A stretch of 64,000 nt of DNA from Dehalococcoidia bacterium. GTDB lineage: Bacteria > Chloroflexota > Dehalococcoidia > UBA2979. A program made the position numbers and the translations under genes. Every line of letters starts with the position of its first letter. Position 1 is the first letter of the stretch. The stretch lies in contig OZ219871.1 in NCBI GenBank assembly GCA_964291495.2, positions 1,568,001-1,632,000 on the forward strand. The letters run 5' to 3'. Below the pieces are notes generated by a model. The model was not told the DNA's origin. It did not search any database and saw nothing but the letters and a program-made list of their open reading frames with translations. Positions 1 to 9,402 of the stretch are shown here, in pieces.

Positions 1-55
1 CTGCCACCTCGATGGGGTGTTTGCCCCCGGAGCCCGTTGCCCGGCGGAGATGCGC

Positions 56-433
56 CTACGCGGCCGGCAAGGGCGCGGCGAAGCTCAGTTCGTGCCCGTC
101 CGGGTCCGTGAGGTGGAAGAAGCGCTCGCCCCAGGGCGCGTCCCGCGGCGGCGCGTGCGGCCCGTAGCCGAGCTCCAACGCCCGCTCATAGAGCGCATCG
201 ACGTCGTAGGCGTAGAAGATCACGCGCCCCCACCAGCCGGGAGGCTCGCCCTGCGCGATCAGGTTCAGGTAGCCCTCGCCGACGGCGAAGCTGGTGAACC
301 CCGCGCCCGGGCCGCCGTAGAGCAGCTCGAACCCGAGCGAGGCATAAAACCCCACGGCGCGGGCCATGTCCGAGGTCGCCAGCGTGATCGCGCTGATCCG
401 CTCGATCGGCCCTCCCGCGGGCTGTTCGGGCAT
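56..433 (-). CDS. VOC/glyoxalase family protein
   Basis: ITLATSDMARAVGFY and PWGERFFHLTDPDGHELSF VOC motifs; start trimmed to ATG 433. Confidence 0.85.
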   Translation of the reverse strand: MPEQPAGGPIERISAITLATSDMARAVGFYASLGFELLYGGPGAGFTSFAVGEGYLNLIAQGEPPGWWGRVIFYAYDVDALYERALELGYGPHAPPRDAPWGERFFHLTDPDGHELSFAAPLPAA

Positions 434-575
434 CAGATTCGCTCCTCTCGCGCAGCGAGCATGGCGCGGCGCGCAGTCTAGCCTCGCGCGAGCTTGCAAG
501 CCGCTTGCATTCGAGTCTGGCGAGCGCGAACGTGATCATGAGTGATTTCAGCCGCCCGCGTCGGTGGGAAGCCCC

Positions 576-1151
576 GTGGAACTCGAGCTGTTCGTCCTGC
601 CCGCCCTGATCTTCGGGGCCCGCATCGTGGACACCACGATCGGGACCGTGCGCATCGTGGTGCTCGTCTCCGGCTCGCGCTGGCTCGCGGCGCTGCTCGG
701 CTTCGCCGAGGTGGCAATCTGGCTTGCGGCCACCGGCGGCGTGGTCGCCAATCTCGACCAGCCCCTGCTGATCGTCGCCTACGCCGCCGGGTTCGCGGTC
801 GGCGTGCTGCTCGGCGGCTGGATCGAGGAGCGGATTGCCATCGGCTACCGGGTGATCCAGGTGATCAACAACGACCTGAAGATCGACATCGCCGCACGGC
901 TGCGCGAGCGCGGCTACCGCGTGACTCGCATCGAGGGCCACGGTATGCAGGGCCCGGTCGAGGTCTCGATGCTGCTGGTGCGCCGCCGCGGGCTGCGGCG
1001 CGTGCTGCGCATGATCCGCTGGCTCGCCCCGCGCGCCTTCGTCACGATCGAGCGCGCCGAGCGCCCGATCGGTTCGCTCGCCTCGCCGGAGCCCGGCTTC
1101 CTGCGCTTCCCGTGGGGGCCGCTCTTTCCCCTCGGCGGCGTCCGCAAGTAG
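576..1151 (+). CDS. UPF0316/DUF2179-type membrane protein
   Basis: LIFGARIVDTTIGTVR, GFAEVAIWL, YAAGFAVG, then soluble domain LRERGYRVTRIEGHG; start uncertain (564 or 576). Confidence 0.8.
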   Translation: MELELFVLPALIFGARIVDTTIGTVRIVVLVSGSRWLAALLGFAEVAIWLAATGGVVANLDQPLLIVAYAAGFAVGVLLGGWIEERIAIGYRVIQVINNDLKIDIAARLRERGYRVTRIEGHGMQGPVEVSMLLVRRRGLRRVLRMIRWLAPRAFVTIERAERPIGSLASPEPGFLRFPWGPLFPLGGVRK

Positions 1152-1158
1152 CGCCGCG

Positions 1159-1368
1159 CTACGAGGACTGCGAGCGCGGGCTGCTCTCGAAGCCGGCCGG
1201 GCGGTGCGTGCCGTCGCAGAACGGCTTGTTGTCGGACTGGCCGCAGCGGCAGAGCGCGACGGCGCTGCCCTCGTAGGGGAGTGCGTTGCCGTCCGCGTCC
1301 AGCACCTCGATGTCCGAGCCGCGGATCAGGTAGGGCCCGTCGTCCCGCACCTGCACCTGGATCGCCAT
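1159..1368 (-). CDS. CDGSH iron-sulfur domain protein
   Basis: GPYL...LCRCGQSDNKPFCDGTH motif; GGAGG RBS. Confidence 0.92.
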   Translation of the reverse strand: MAIQVQVRDDGPYLIRGSDIEVLDADGNALPYEGSAVALCRCGQSDNKPFCDGTHRPAGFESSPRSQSS

Positions 1369-1408
1369 GCCGTCCTCCCTTTCGTGCTCTCGCGAAGTCG
1401 CCCCGGCC

Positions 1409-1876
1409 CTATTCGCCTGCCGGGGCGCCCTCGACTGCCACGCCGCTCTCGATCAGCTCGATCACGCGCTCCCGCAACGGCGACTCGTCGATCGCGACCG
1501 ACTTCACGTCGCGCTCGTCCCAGCTGATCTTCGCCGCGCCGTGGAACTCCTTGGCCGCCTCGGAGACGAGCACCTCGCGCTCCTCGGCGTCCGCGATGCC
1601 CTCGGCCAGCTCGTCGCCGCACAGCTCGCGGATGCGGTCGCAGAGCATCTGGTGCTTCTCGATGTCGTACATCAGCCCGCCGATGACGCACTGGCCGTAC
1701 TGCATGACGTCGAACTGCTCGCCCTCGCGCTCCCACTCGAGCGTGCGTTTGGGCGGGACCGGGTAGCGCTCAAGCTCGGAGCGGATCCAGATGTCCTCGG
1801 GGTCGCGGCCCTCGCGGCGGAAGAGCAGCGAGACGCGCGCCATGCCGTCGCCCTTGTATTGAATCTCCGTGCGCAT
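1409..1876 (-). CDS. hypothetical protein
   Basis: Strong GC3 codon bias, GGAGG upstream of ATG 1876; no family recognised. Confidence 0.7.
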   Translation of the reverse strand: MRTEIQYKGDGMARVSLLFRREGRDPEDIWIRSELERYPVPPKRTLEWEREGEQFDVMQYGQCVIGGLMYDIEKHQMLCDRIRELCGDELAEGIADAEEREVLVSEAAKEFHGAAKISWDERDVKSVAIDESPLRERVIELIESGVAVEGAPAGE

Positions 1877-2013
1877 CACCGCACCTCCGGTCCGGCTCCG
1901 GGGCCGGCGCGCCCGGGGCCCGTCGCTCACTCTAGCACCCCGCGACGCCCCGACGGCGCCTCGCTGGCGACGAGGGCGCGCCATGTATAGTGACGCCGCG
2001 CAAGGGGGTTGCC

Positions 2014-3012
2014 ATGGCGCTCACGTTCTCGTTCACCACGCCGATCTACCTGAAGTTCTTCAACCCGGACTGGGTCAGCCCGGACTCCCTGACCGAAATG
2101 GCGCACATCGGCGAGGAGGTCGGCTACGACGAGATCGCCGTCTTCGACCACTTCCTCGAGCCGCCCGAGTGGCAGCCGTCCTACGCGACGAACAGCTACG
2201 ACCCGATGCCGCTGCTCGGTTTCCTCGCGGCCCACACCTCGGAGATCCGCATCGCCTCGGCGACGATCAACATCCCCTACCGCCACCCCGCCGTGATGGC
2301 GAATGAGCTGGCGACGATCGACAAGCTCTCCGGCGGCCGCCTCGTCATCGGTCTTGCCGCCGGCTACCTCGCCGAGGAGTACGACACGCTGGCGCTGGAC
2401 TTCGCGAACCGCGGCGCGATCGCCGACGAGTACCTCGCGGCGATGATCGAGCTGTGGACCAACGAGTACGCCTCGTTCTCCGGCGAGTACGTGAACTTCA
2501 ACGAGGTCAAGCTCGCCTCGTTCCCCGTCCAGCAGCCGCACCCGGAGGTCTGGATCCACGGCGGCAACTTGCGAGCGCTGCGGCGCGCGATCAGCTACGG
2601 GACCGGCTGGGGCCCGATCGTCGGCCCCGGTCTCTCGACCGACTCCGGCAGCACGGACTTCAAGATCGGCGCCACCGACGACGGCGGCACGGACGACCCC
2701 TACGCCGAGCTCGTGCAGGCGCTGGGGCAGGAGCACCCCGGCGTCCACGTCCCGCACTCCAAGACCTACACCTGGATGGAGGAGGTGCTGGAGCGCGAGC
2801 GCGAGGCGATCGAGGCGCGCGACGAACCGCTCGGCCTGTGGCTCAATTTCCGCGTCGACAAGAGCACCGTCGGCGAGGCCAACGCCATGATCGAGGAGCA
2901 GGTCGAGCGCGGCGCGACCAAGCTCAGCGTCGGCATCAACGCCGAATCGCTCGAGGATCACAACGCGACGCTGCGCGCCATCGGCGAGCAGGTGCTGCCC
3001 AACTGGCGCTGA
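2014..3012 (+). CDS. LLM class (probably F420-dependent) oxidoreductase
   Basis: GYDEIAVFDH, DPMPLLGFLAAHT, PYRHPAVMANELATIDKLSGGRL, PVQQPHPEVWIHG. Confidence 0.88.
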   Translation: MALTFSFTTPIYLKFFNPDWVSPDSLTEMAHIGEEVGYDEIAVFDHFLEPPEWQPSYATNSYDPMPLLGFLAAHTSEIRIASATINIPYRHPAVMANELATIDKLSGGRLVIGLAAGYLAEEYDTLALDFANRGAIADEYLAAMIELWTNEYASFSGEYVNFNEVKLASFPVQQPHPEVWIHGGNLRALRRAISYGTGWGPIVGPGLSTDSGSTDFKIGATDDGGTDDPYAELVQALGQEHPGVHVPHSKTYTWMEEVLEREREAIEARDEPLGLWLNFRVDKSTVGEANAMIEEQVERGATKLSVGINAESLEDHNATLRAIGEQVLPNWR

Positions 3013-3109
3013 CCACGCCGCGCGCCGCTGACGTCCCGGAGACCCGCTGCGAGGGCGGGTCTCCGCGCGTGACGGTCCGGCGACCCATGAGGCCTCGAGG
3101 AGGCGTGCC

Positions 3110-4012
3110 GTGCTGAGCGTCTTCTTCGAGGTGGTGCTGCCGGTCATGCTCGTCGCCGCGGCGGGCGCGGTGGTCGGGCGCTGGCGGGCTGTGCCGGCCG
3201 AGCCGCTCTCGGCGGTGATCTTCCTGCTCTTCACGCCGGCGCTGGTCTACGACTCGCTGGCGAACTCGGACCTGGCGGCGGGCCTCTCGCTGCGCATCGC
3301 GGCGGTGGCGGTGATCGGCTACGTCGTCGGCTACGTCGCCGCCACGGCGTGGTCGACGCTGGTGAGGCACGAACCGCCGCAGCGCGCGGCCTTCGCGCTG
3401 GTCGTCACCTCGCTCAACACCGGCAACATGGGCATCGCCGTCGCGCTGCTCGCCTTCGGCGAAGTCGGCGTGCAGATCGCGGTGCTGACCTGGGTGGTGC
3501 ACGCCACGCTCATCACCTCGGCCGGCATCGTGATCGCGACGCTGCCGAGCGGCTCCTCGAGGCGGGCGCTGGTCAAGCCGTTCGCCTACCCGGCGCTCTA
3601 CGCGGCCGTGCTCGGCTTCCTCGCGAACGGGCTGGACGTCGAGCTGCCCGTCACGATCGAGGCCCCGATCGCGACGTTGGCGGACGCCACCGTGCCCGCG
3701 ATGCTGGTGGTGCTGGGGCTGCAGCTCGGGCGCGGCCTCGGCGATCTCGGCGAGCTGGCGGACACCGCCGCAGGCTCGGTGCTGCGGCTGCTGCTCGGTC
3801 CACTGGTCGCCTTCGGCGCCGCGCTGGCGCTAGGCCTCGAGGGCACCACGCGGGACGTGGTGGTCGTGCTGGGCGGGATGCCGACGGCGGTGATCGCGAC
3901 GATCGTGGCGACGGAGTTCGACGTGCGCCCGCAGTTCGTGACGCGATCGGTGGTGACCTCGACGCTGGCGAGCGTGGCGACGCTGACGGTGCTGCTGACG
4001 CTGGTCGGGTAG
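3110..4012 (+). CDS. AEC (auxin efflux carrier) family transporter
   Basis: About 10 TM segments; NTGNMG, PAMLVVLG, MPTAV motifs. Confidence 0.88.
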   Translation: MLSVFFEVVLPVMLVAAAGAVVGRWRAVPAEPLSAVIFLLFTPALVYDSLANSDLAAGLSLRIAAVAVIGYVVGYVAATAWSTLVRHEPPQRAAFALVVTSLNTGNMGIAVALLAFGEVGVQIAVLTWVVHATLITSAGIVIATLPSGSSRRALVKPFAYPALYAAVLGFLANGLDVELPVTIEAPIATLADATVPAMLVVLGLQLGRGLGDLGELADTAAGSVLRLLLGPLVAFGAALALGLEGTTRDVVVVLGGMPTAVIATIVATEFDVRPQFVTRSVVTSTLASVATLTVLLTLVG

Positions 4013-4062
4013 GGCGTGGCTCTGCGTGAGACCTCCGCGTGACTCCCACAAGTCCGATCCTG

Positions 4063-4098
4063 CCCCCTCTCCCTGGGGAGAGGGCGGGGGGCGAGGGG
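4063..4098. repeat. Palindromic repeat family A (CCCTCACCC..CCCTCTCCC-Nx-GGGAGAGGG), reverse orientation
   Basis: CCCTCTCCC/GGGAGAGGG hairpin recurring throughout the window. Confidence 0.8.
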
Positions 4099-4204
4099 AC
4101 CGGACGGAGTGCGCTCGTTGGCCCGCGGAGAGGGTTACGCAAAGGTCGCTCAGTGTGAGAGAAACTGATAGCAGATTGAGAGTTGCGCGGCTGGGAGCGC
4201 ACAC

Positions 4205-5410
4205 ATGACGGCTCCGCTGGCGGGTATTCGCGTGATCGAGGCGGCGACGTGGCTGGCCGCGCCCTCGGCGGCGGCGCTGATGGCCGACCTCGGCGCGGAC
4301 GTGATCAAGATCGAGCCGCCGGGCGGCGACCCCTGGCGGCACTTCGACACGAGCTCGATGGGCTTCGAGGAGCCCTCGGCGATCCAGTACGGGTTCGAGT
4401 TCGACAACCGCGGCAAGCGCTCGATCGCCGTCGACCTGCGGCAGCCGGGCGCGCCGGAGCTGGTGCGGCGGCTCTGCGAGGACGCCGATGTCTTCGTCAC
4501 CAACCTGATGCAGCGCGAGCGCTGGGGCATCGACGCGGAGACGCTGCGCGCCGCCAACCCGGCGCTGATCCACGCCGCCGTCAGCGGCTACGGCGAGCAG
4601 GGCCCCGCCGCCGATCGCGAGGGCTTCGACTACGCCGCCTTCTGGGCCAGCTCCGGCATCATGGGCCTCAGTGGCGAGCCGTCCTCGCCGCCGCCGTTCT
4701 GCCGCACCGGCCAGGGCGACCACGCCACCGCACTCAACCTGCTCAGCGCGATCCTCGTCGCGCTGCGCCTGCGCGACCAGAGCGGCGAGGGCCAGAGCGT
4801 CGAGGTCAACCTGATGCAGACCGGGCTGTGGACGATCGGCGCCGATGCGGCCGTCGCCGCGGTCAGCGGCGAGCAGCCCCGGCGCTACGACCGCTCCCGG
4901 CCCTGGAACCCGATCCGCAACTCCTATCAGACCCGCGACGGCCGCTGGCTGCTGCTCGGCATGACCCAGGCCGATCGCTTCTGGCCGCGCTTCGTCGCGA
5001 TGATCGGGGAGCCCTCGTGGGCGCTCGATCCTCGTTTCGAGACCCTCGAGAGCCGCAAGCGGCACGCCGCCGAGCTGCGCGAGCGGATCGAGGAGCTGAT
5101 CGCCTCGGCCGATCTCGCCGAGTGGGGGCGGCGGCTGGACGAGGCGGAGCTGGTCTGGGCCCCGGTCGTCACCCTGCCCGAGGCGCTGGCCGACCCGCAG
5201 GTGGAGGCGAACGGCATGCTCGAGGAGGTCGAGCACCCGGAGGCCGGCGCCTACCGCACGCTGTCCGCGCCGTTCCGCGTCAGCGGCGCGCAGACCGAGG
5301 TGCGGGGACCCGCCCCAGCGCCGGGCGAACACACCGGCGAGGTACTGGCCGAGCTCGGCCTCGACGGCGACGAGATCGCACGCCTCGCGGCGTCCGGCGT
5401 CTTCGGGTAG
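4205..5410 (+). CDS. CaiB/BaiF family III CoA transferase
   Basis: PLAGIRVIE, DLGADVIKIEPPGGD, NRGKRSIAVDL, catalytic Asp candidate in GQGDH. Confidence 0.92.
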   Translation: MTAPLAGIRVIEAATWLAAPSAAALMADLGADVIKIEPPGGDPWRHFDTSSMGFEEPSAIQYGFEFDNRGKRSIAVDLRQPGAPELVRRLCEDADVFVTNLMQRERWGIDAETLRAANPALIHAAVSGYGEQGPAADREGFDYAAFWASSGIMGLSGEPSSPPPFCRTGQGDHATALNLLSAILVALRLRDQSGEGQSVEVNLMQTGLWTIGADAAVAAVSGEQPRRYDRSRPWNPIRNSYQTRDGRWLLLGMTQADRFWPRFVAMIGEPSWALDPRFETLESRKRHAAELRERIEELIASADLAEWGRRLDEAELVWAPVVTLPEALADPQVEANGMLEEVEHPEAGAYRTLSAPFRVSGAQTEVRGPAPAPGEHTGEVLAELGLDGDEIARLAASGVFG

Positions 5411-5455
5411 CGTGCGCCTGCCGACGCCGCAAGCGGCGGCGCGAGGAGGCTCCTG

Positions 5456-6184
5456 ATGGCGATGCAGCCGATGCGCCGCATCGAGGCGTTCTACCCGCCT
5501 GAGCAGCTGCAGACGGCCTCGCAGGGCCGCCGCCTCGGCGGCTGGGTGCTGGACCTGCTTCTGGTCTTCGCGACATTCGGCGTCGGCTGGCTGATCTGGT
5601 TCCTGATCGTGGCGCAGCGGGGGCAGACGCCGGGCAAGCAGCTGCTCGGCATGTACATCATGCGCGAGGACGGCAGCCGCGCCGGCGGCTGGTACACGAT
5701 CCTGCGCGAGATTGTCGTCAAGACGCTGTTCTCGATCGTGATCTCCGTGATCAGCGGGGTAACGAGTGGCCTCGGCAGCCTGCTCTGGCTGCCCGCCGCG
5801 CTGTGGTGCACGTGGGACCGCGAGCGCCAGTGCCTCTGGGACAAGGTCGCCAACACCTACATCGCGCACTCGCCCGGCGGCTACCGCCCGCCGACCGCGG
5901 CCGAGCTGCGCATGCAGGGCGAGGAGCCGCCCGCGATGTCCGGCCGCACCACGGCCTCGCCCGACTCGCCCTCCGGCCTGATGGACTACCCGCGCGCGCG
6001 GCCCGGCCTCGAGGAAGACCCGCTGGAGCGCGATATGAGTACGGAGGCCCTCGCCGATACGCCCTCGACGCGCGAGAGCAGCGCCGCCGACCGCCTGCGC
6101 GAGCTGCAGCGCCTCCGCGACGAAGGCCTGATCACCCCCGAGCAGTACGAGGAGCGCCGCGCCGCCATCCTCGACGAGCTGTAG
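5456..6184 (+). CDS. RDD family membrane protein with C-terminal SHOCT domain
   Basis: RRLGGWVLD, GQTPGKQLLG, RQCLWDKVANT (RDD); ADRLRELQRLRDEGLITPEQYEERRAAIL (SHOCT). Confidence 0.85.
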   Translation: MAMQPMRRIEAFYPPEQLQTASQGRRLGGWVLDLLLVFATFGVGWLIWFLIVAQRGQTPGKQLLGMYIMREDGSRAGGWYTILREIVVKTLFSIVISVISGVTSGLGSLLWLPAALWCTWDRERQCLWDKVANTYIAHSPGGYRPPTAAELRMQGEEPPAMSGRTTASPDSPSGLMDYPRARPGLEEDPLERDMSTEALADTPSTRESSAADRLRELQRLRDEGLITPEQYEERRAAILDEL

Positions 6185-6216
6185 CCGCACCCCCGTCGCC
6201 GCCTCCTCGACGCGTG

Positions 6217-6236
6217 GCGTAGCCTGCGCCCGGCGC
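6217..6236 (+). promoter_or_regulatory. 20-bp promoter-like motif GCGTAGCCTGCGCCCGGCGC (identical at 7031-7050 and 7839-7858)
   Basis: Exact copies upstream of SDR copies 1-3; contains TAGCCT -10-like hexamer. Confidence 0.65.
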
Positions 6237-6264
6237 GGTGGCCCCGCGCGAGGGGAGGGCGGCC

Positions 6265-7002
6265 ATGGGCAGGCTCGATGGCAAGACGGCGCTGATCAGC
6301 GGCGGTGCGCGCGGGCAGGGCGCCGCCGAGGCGGCGCTCTTCGCCGAGGAAGGCGCGAACGTCGTCCTCACCGACGTGCTTGACGAGGAGGGCGAGCGAA
6401 CGGCCGACATCATCGGCGGCGCCTTCCTCCACCACGACGTGACCAGCGAGGAGGAGTGGGCGGCAGTCGTCGCTCGCGCCGTCGAGCTGCACGGCGGCGT
6501 CGACGTGCTGATCAACAACGCCGGGATCTACGCCGACAGCTCGCTCGTCGGCGGCGACGTCGACGAGTACCGGCGCGTGATCGAGGTCAACCAGGTGGGC
6601 GTCTACCTCGGGATGCGCGAGGTGGCGCCGGTGATGATCGAGCGCGGAGGCGGCTCGATCATCAACATCTCGTCGATCGGCGGGATGCGCGGCGGGGGTG
6701 GCTCGTTCGCCTACACCGCGAGCAAGTGGGCCGTTCGAGGCATGACCAGGTCGGCGGCGGTGCGGCTCGGCCCGCACGGCATCCGCGTCAACTCGATTCA
6801 CCCGGGCCTGATCAACACGCCGATGCTCGCGGACACGCGGATGGCCGACCCGGCCAACATCGAGCAGCTGCTCGGGCAGATCCCGCTGCGGCGGATGGCC
6901 GAGCCCTCGGAGGTCGCGAGGCTCGCGCTGTTCCTCGCCTCTGACGACAGCTCGTACAGCACCGGCTCGGAGTTCCTGATCGACGGCGGCCTGCTGGCCT
7001 GA
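6265..7002 (+). CDS. SDR oxidoreductase, 3alpha,20beta-HSD-like (tandem copy 1)
   Basis: SGGARGQG, NNAG, NISS, YTASK, RVNSIHPG. Confidence 0.92.
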   Translation: MGRLDGKTALISGGARGQGAAEAALFAEEGANVVLTDVLDEEGERTADIIGGAFLHHDVTSEEEWAAVVARAVELHGGVDVLINNAGIYADSSLVGGDVDEYRRVIEVNQVGVYLGMREVAPVMIERGGGSIINISSIGGMRGGGGSFAYTASKWAVRGMTRSAAVRLGPHGIRVNSIHPGLINTPMLADTRMADPANIEQLLGQIPLRRMAEPSEVARLALFLASDDSSYSTGSEFLIDGGLLA

Positions 7003-7078
7003 CGCGCCTTCGCGGGCAACTGGACGCCTCGCGTAGCCTGCGCCCGGCGCAGCCGCGCCGGGCGAGAGGGAGGCAGCG

Positions 7079-7810
7079 ATGGGCAGGCTCGAGGGCAAGA
7101 CGGCGCTGATCACCGGCGGTGCGCGCGGGCAGGGCGCCGCCGAGGCGGCACTCTTCGCCGAGGAAGGCGCGAACGTCGTCCTGACCGATGTGCTCGACCA
7201 GGACGGCGAGCGGGTCGCCGACGCGATCGGCGCCGACTACCTCCACCACGACGTGACCAGCGAGGAGGAGTGGGCGGCGGCCGTCGCCCGCGCCGTCGAG
7301 CTGCATGGCGGTCTCGACGTGCTGGTCAACAACGCCGGCATCCTCAGCTCGTCCTCGATCATCGAGTGCGAGCTCGATGAGTTCCGGCGCGTGATCGAGG
7401 TCAACCAGGTGGGCGTCTACCTCGGGATGCGCGAGGTCGCGCCGGCGATGATCGAGCGCGGGGGCGGTTCGATCGTCAACATCTCCTCGGTTGCGGGCAT
7501 GCGTGCCAGCCGGCTGAGCGGGATCGCATACGGGGCAAGCAAGTGGGCGGTCCGAGGGATGACCAAGTCGGCGGCGCTGAGCCTCGCCCGCCACGGCATC
7601 CGCGTGAACTCGATCCACCCGGGCCTGATCGACACGCCGATGATCGCTGACGTCGACCAGGCCAGGCTCGAGCAGCTGGTTGAGCAGATTCCGCTGGGCC
7701 GCCTCGCTCAGCCCGAGGAGGTCGCGAGCCTCGCGCTGTTCCTCGCCTCGGACGAGAGTTCCTACAGCACGGGCTCCGAGTTCCTGATCGACGGCGGCCT
7801 GCTGGCCTGA
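7079..7810 (+). CDS. SDR oxidoreductase (tandem copy 2)
   Basis: TGGARGQG, NNAG, YGASK. Confidence 0.92.
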   Translation: MGRLEGKTALITGGARGQGAAEAALFAEEGANVVLTDVLDQDGERVADAIGADYLHHDVTSEEEWAAAVARAVELHGGLDVLVNNAGILSSSSIIECELDEFRRVIEVNQVGVYLGMREVAPAMIERGGGSIVNISSVAGMRASRLSGIAYGASKWAVRGMTKSAALSLARHGIRVNSIHPGLIDTPMIADVDQARLEQLVEQIPLGRLAQPEEVASLALFLASDESSYSTGSEFLIDGGLLA

Positions 7811-7884
7811 CGCGCTCTCGCCGCCCGCTGGACTCCTCGCGTAGCCTGCGCCCGGCGCGTAGACGCCGCGCGAGGGAGGCAGCG

Positions 7885-8622
7885 ATGGGCAGGCTCGAGG
7901 GCAAGACGGCGCTGATCACCGGCGGCGCGCGCGGACAGGGCCCCGCGGAGGCCGCCCTGTTCGCCGAGGAGGGTGCGAATGTCGTCCTCACGGACGTACT
8001 CGACGAGGAGGGCGAGCGGACTGCCGACATCATCGGCGGCACGTTCCTGCACCACGACGTGACCAGCGAGGAGCAGTGGGCGGCCGTCGTCGCCCGTACC
8101 GTCGAGCTGTACGGCGGGCTGGACGTGCTGGTCAACAACGCCGCGATCTACAGCCCGTCATCGCTCCTCGAAACCGAGCCGGACGCGTACCGCCGGGTAA
8201 TCGAGGTCAACCAGGTGAGCGTCTACCTCGGGATGCGCGAGGTGGCGCCGGTGATGATCGAGCGCGGGGGCGGCTCGATCATCAACATCTCCTCTGGTGC
8301 GGGCATGCGCGCCGGCTCCAGTGGGTTCGCCTACGGCGCGAGCAAGTGGGCGGTGCGAGGCATGACGAAGTCGGCCGCGGTTCGCCTTGGCCGCCACGGC
8401 GTCCGCGTCAACTCGATCCATCCCGGCTTCGTCGACACGGTGATGCTTGGCCAGACCCGGATCGTCCAGCGGGGCAACCTCGACGCTGCGGTGGAGCGCA
8501 TCCCGTTGGGCCGGGTCGGCCGGCCCGAGGAGGTCGCGAAGCTGGCGCTCTTCCTTGCCTCTGACGACAGCGCCTACAGCACCGGCTCCGAGTTCATCGT
8601 CGACGGAGGCTCGCTGGCCTAA
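7885..8622 (+). CDS. SDR oxidoreductase (tandem copy 3)
   Basis: TGGARGQG, NNAA, YGASK. Confidence 0.92.
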   Translation: MGRLEGKTALITGGARGQGPAEAALFAEEGANVVLTDVLDEEGERTADIIGGTFLHHDVTSEEQWAAVVARTVELYGGLDVLVNNAAIYSPSSLLETEPDAYRRVIEVNQVSVYLGMREVAPVMIERGGGSIINISSGAGMRAGSSGFAYGASKWAVRGMTKSAAVRLGRHGVRVNSIHPGFVDTVMLGQTRIVQRGNLDAAVERIPLGRVGRPEEVAKLALFLASDDSAYSTGSEFIVDGGSLA

Positions 8623-8652
8623 CGCGAGCGCGCCGCGCGGGAGGAGGCCGCC

Positions 8653-9390
8653 ATGGGCAGGCTCGAGGGCAAGACGGCGCTGATCACCGGCGGCGCGCGC
8701 GGGCAGGGCGCGGCCGAGGCGGCACTCTTCGCCGAGGAAGGTGCGAACGTCGTCCTCACCGACGTGCTCGCCGAAGAGGGCGAGCAGACGGCCGCCGAGG
8801 TTGGCGGCACGTTCCTGCAGCACGACGTCACGAGCGAGGAGGAGTGGGCGGCGGTCGTCTCACGAGCCGTCGAGCTGCACGGCGGCATCGACGTGCTGAT
8901 CAACAACGCCGGCATCTACATCCCGACGCCCCTCGTCGGCGGCGATCTTGGCGACTACCGGCGCGTGATCGAGGTCAACCAGGTCGGCGTCTTCCTCGGG
9001 ATGCGCGAGGTGGCGCCGGTGATGATCGAGCGCGGGGGCGGCTCGATCATCAACATCTCCTCGGTCGGCGGTCTGCGCGGAACCGGCGTCGCGTTCGGCT
9101 ACACCGCGAGCAAGTGGGCGGTGCGCGGCATGACGAAGTCGGCGGCGGTCGCACTGGGCCGTTACGGCATCCGCGTGAACTCGGTCCACCCGGGTCCGAT
9201 CGAGACCGCGATGCTGCACCAGATCCCGGCGATCGAGGCGGGAGGGCTCGACGAGGTGTTGCGGCGCGTCCCGCTGGGCCGGGTCGCGGAGGCCGAAGAG
9301 GTCGCGAAGCTCACGCTCTTCCTCGCCTCGGACGAGAGCTCCTACAGCACCGGCTCCGAGTTCGTGATCGACGGGGGCATGATGGCCTGA
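8653..9390 (+). CDS. SDR oxidoreductase (tandem copy 4)
   Basis: TGGARGQG, NNAG, YTASK; GGAGG RBS. Confidence 0.92.
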   Translation: MGRLEGKTALITGGARGQGAAEAALFAEEGANVVLTDVLAEEGEQTAAEVGGTFLQHDVTSEEEWAAVVSRAVELHGGIDVLINNAGIYIPTPLVGGDLGDYRRVIEVNQVGVFLGMREVAPVMIERGGGSIINISSVGGLRGTGVAFGYTASKWAVRGMTKSAAVALGRYGIRVNSVHPGPIETAMLHQIPAIEAGGLDEVLRRVPLGRVAEAEEVAKLTLFLASDESSYSTGSEFVIDGGMMA

Positions 9391-9402
9391 CGCTCGCGGA
9401 GG

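Noticed and set aside
6265-9390. SDR array as a diversity-generating retroelement or shufflon
   Set aside because: No reverse transcriptase or invertase in the window. Differences are not adenine-specific and include indels, and all copies are full-length genes.
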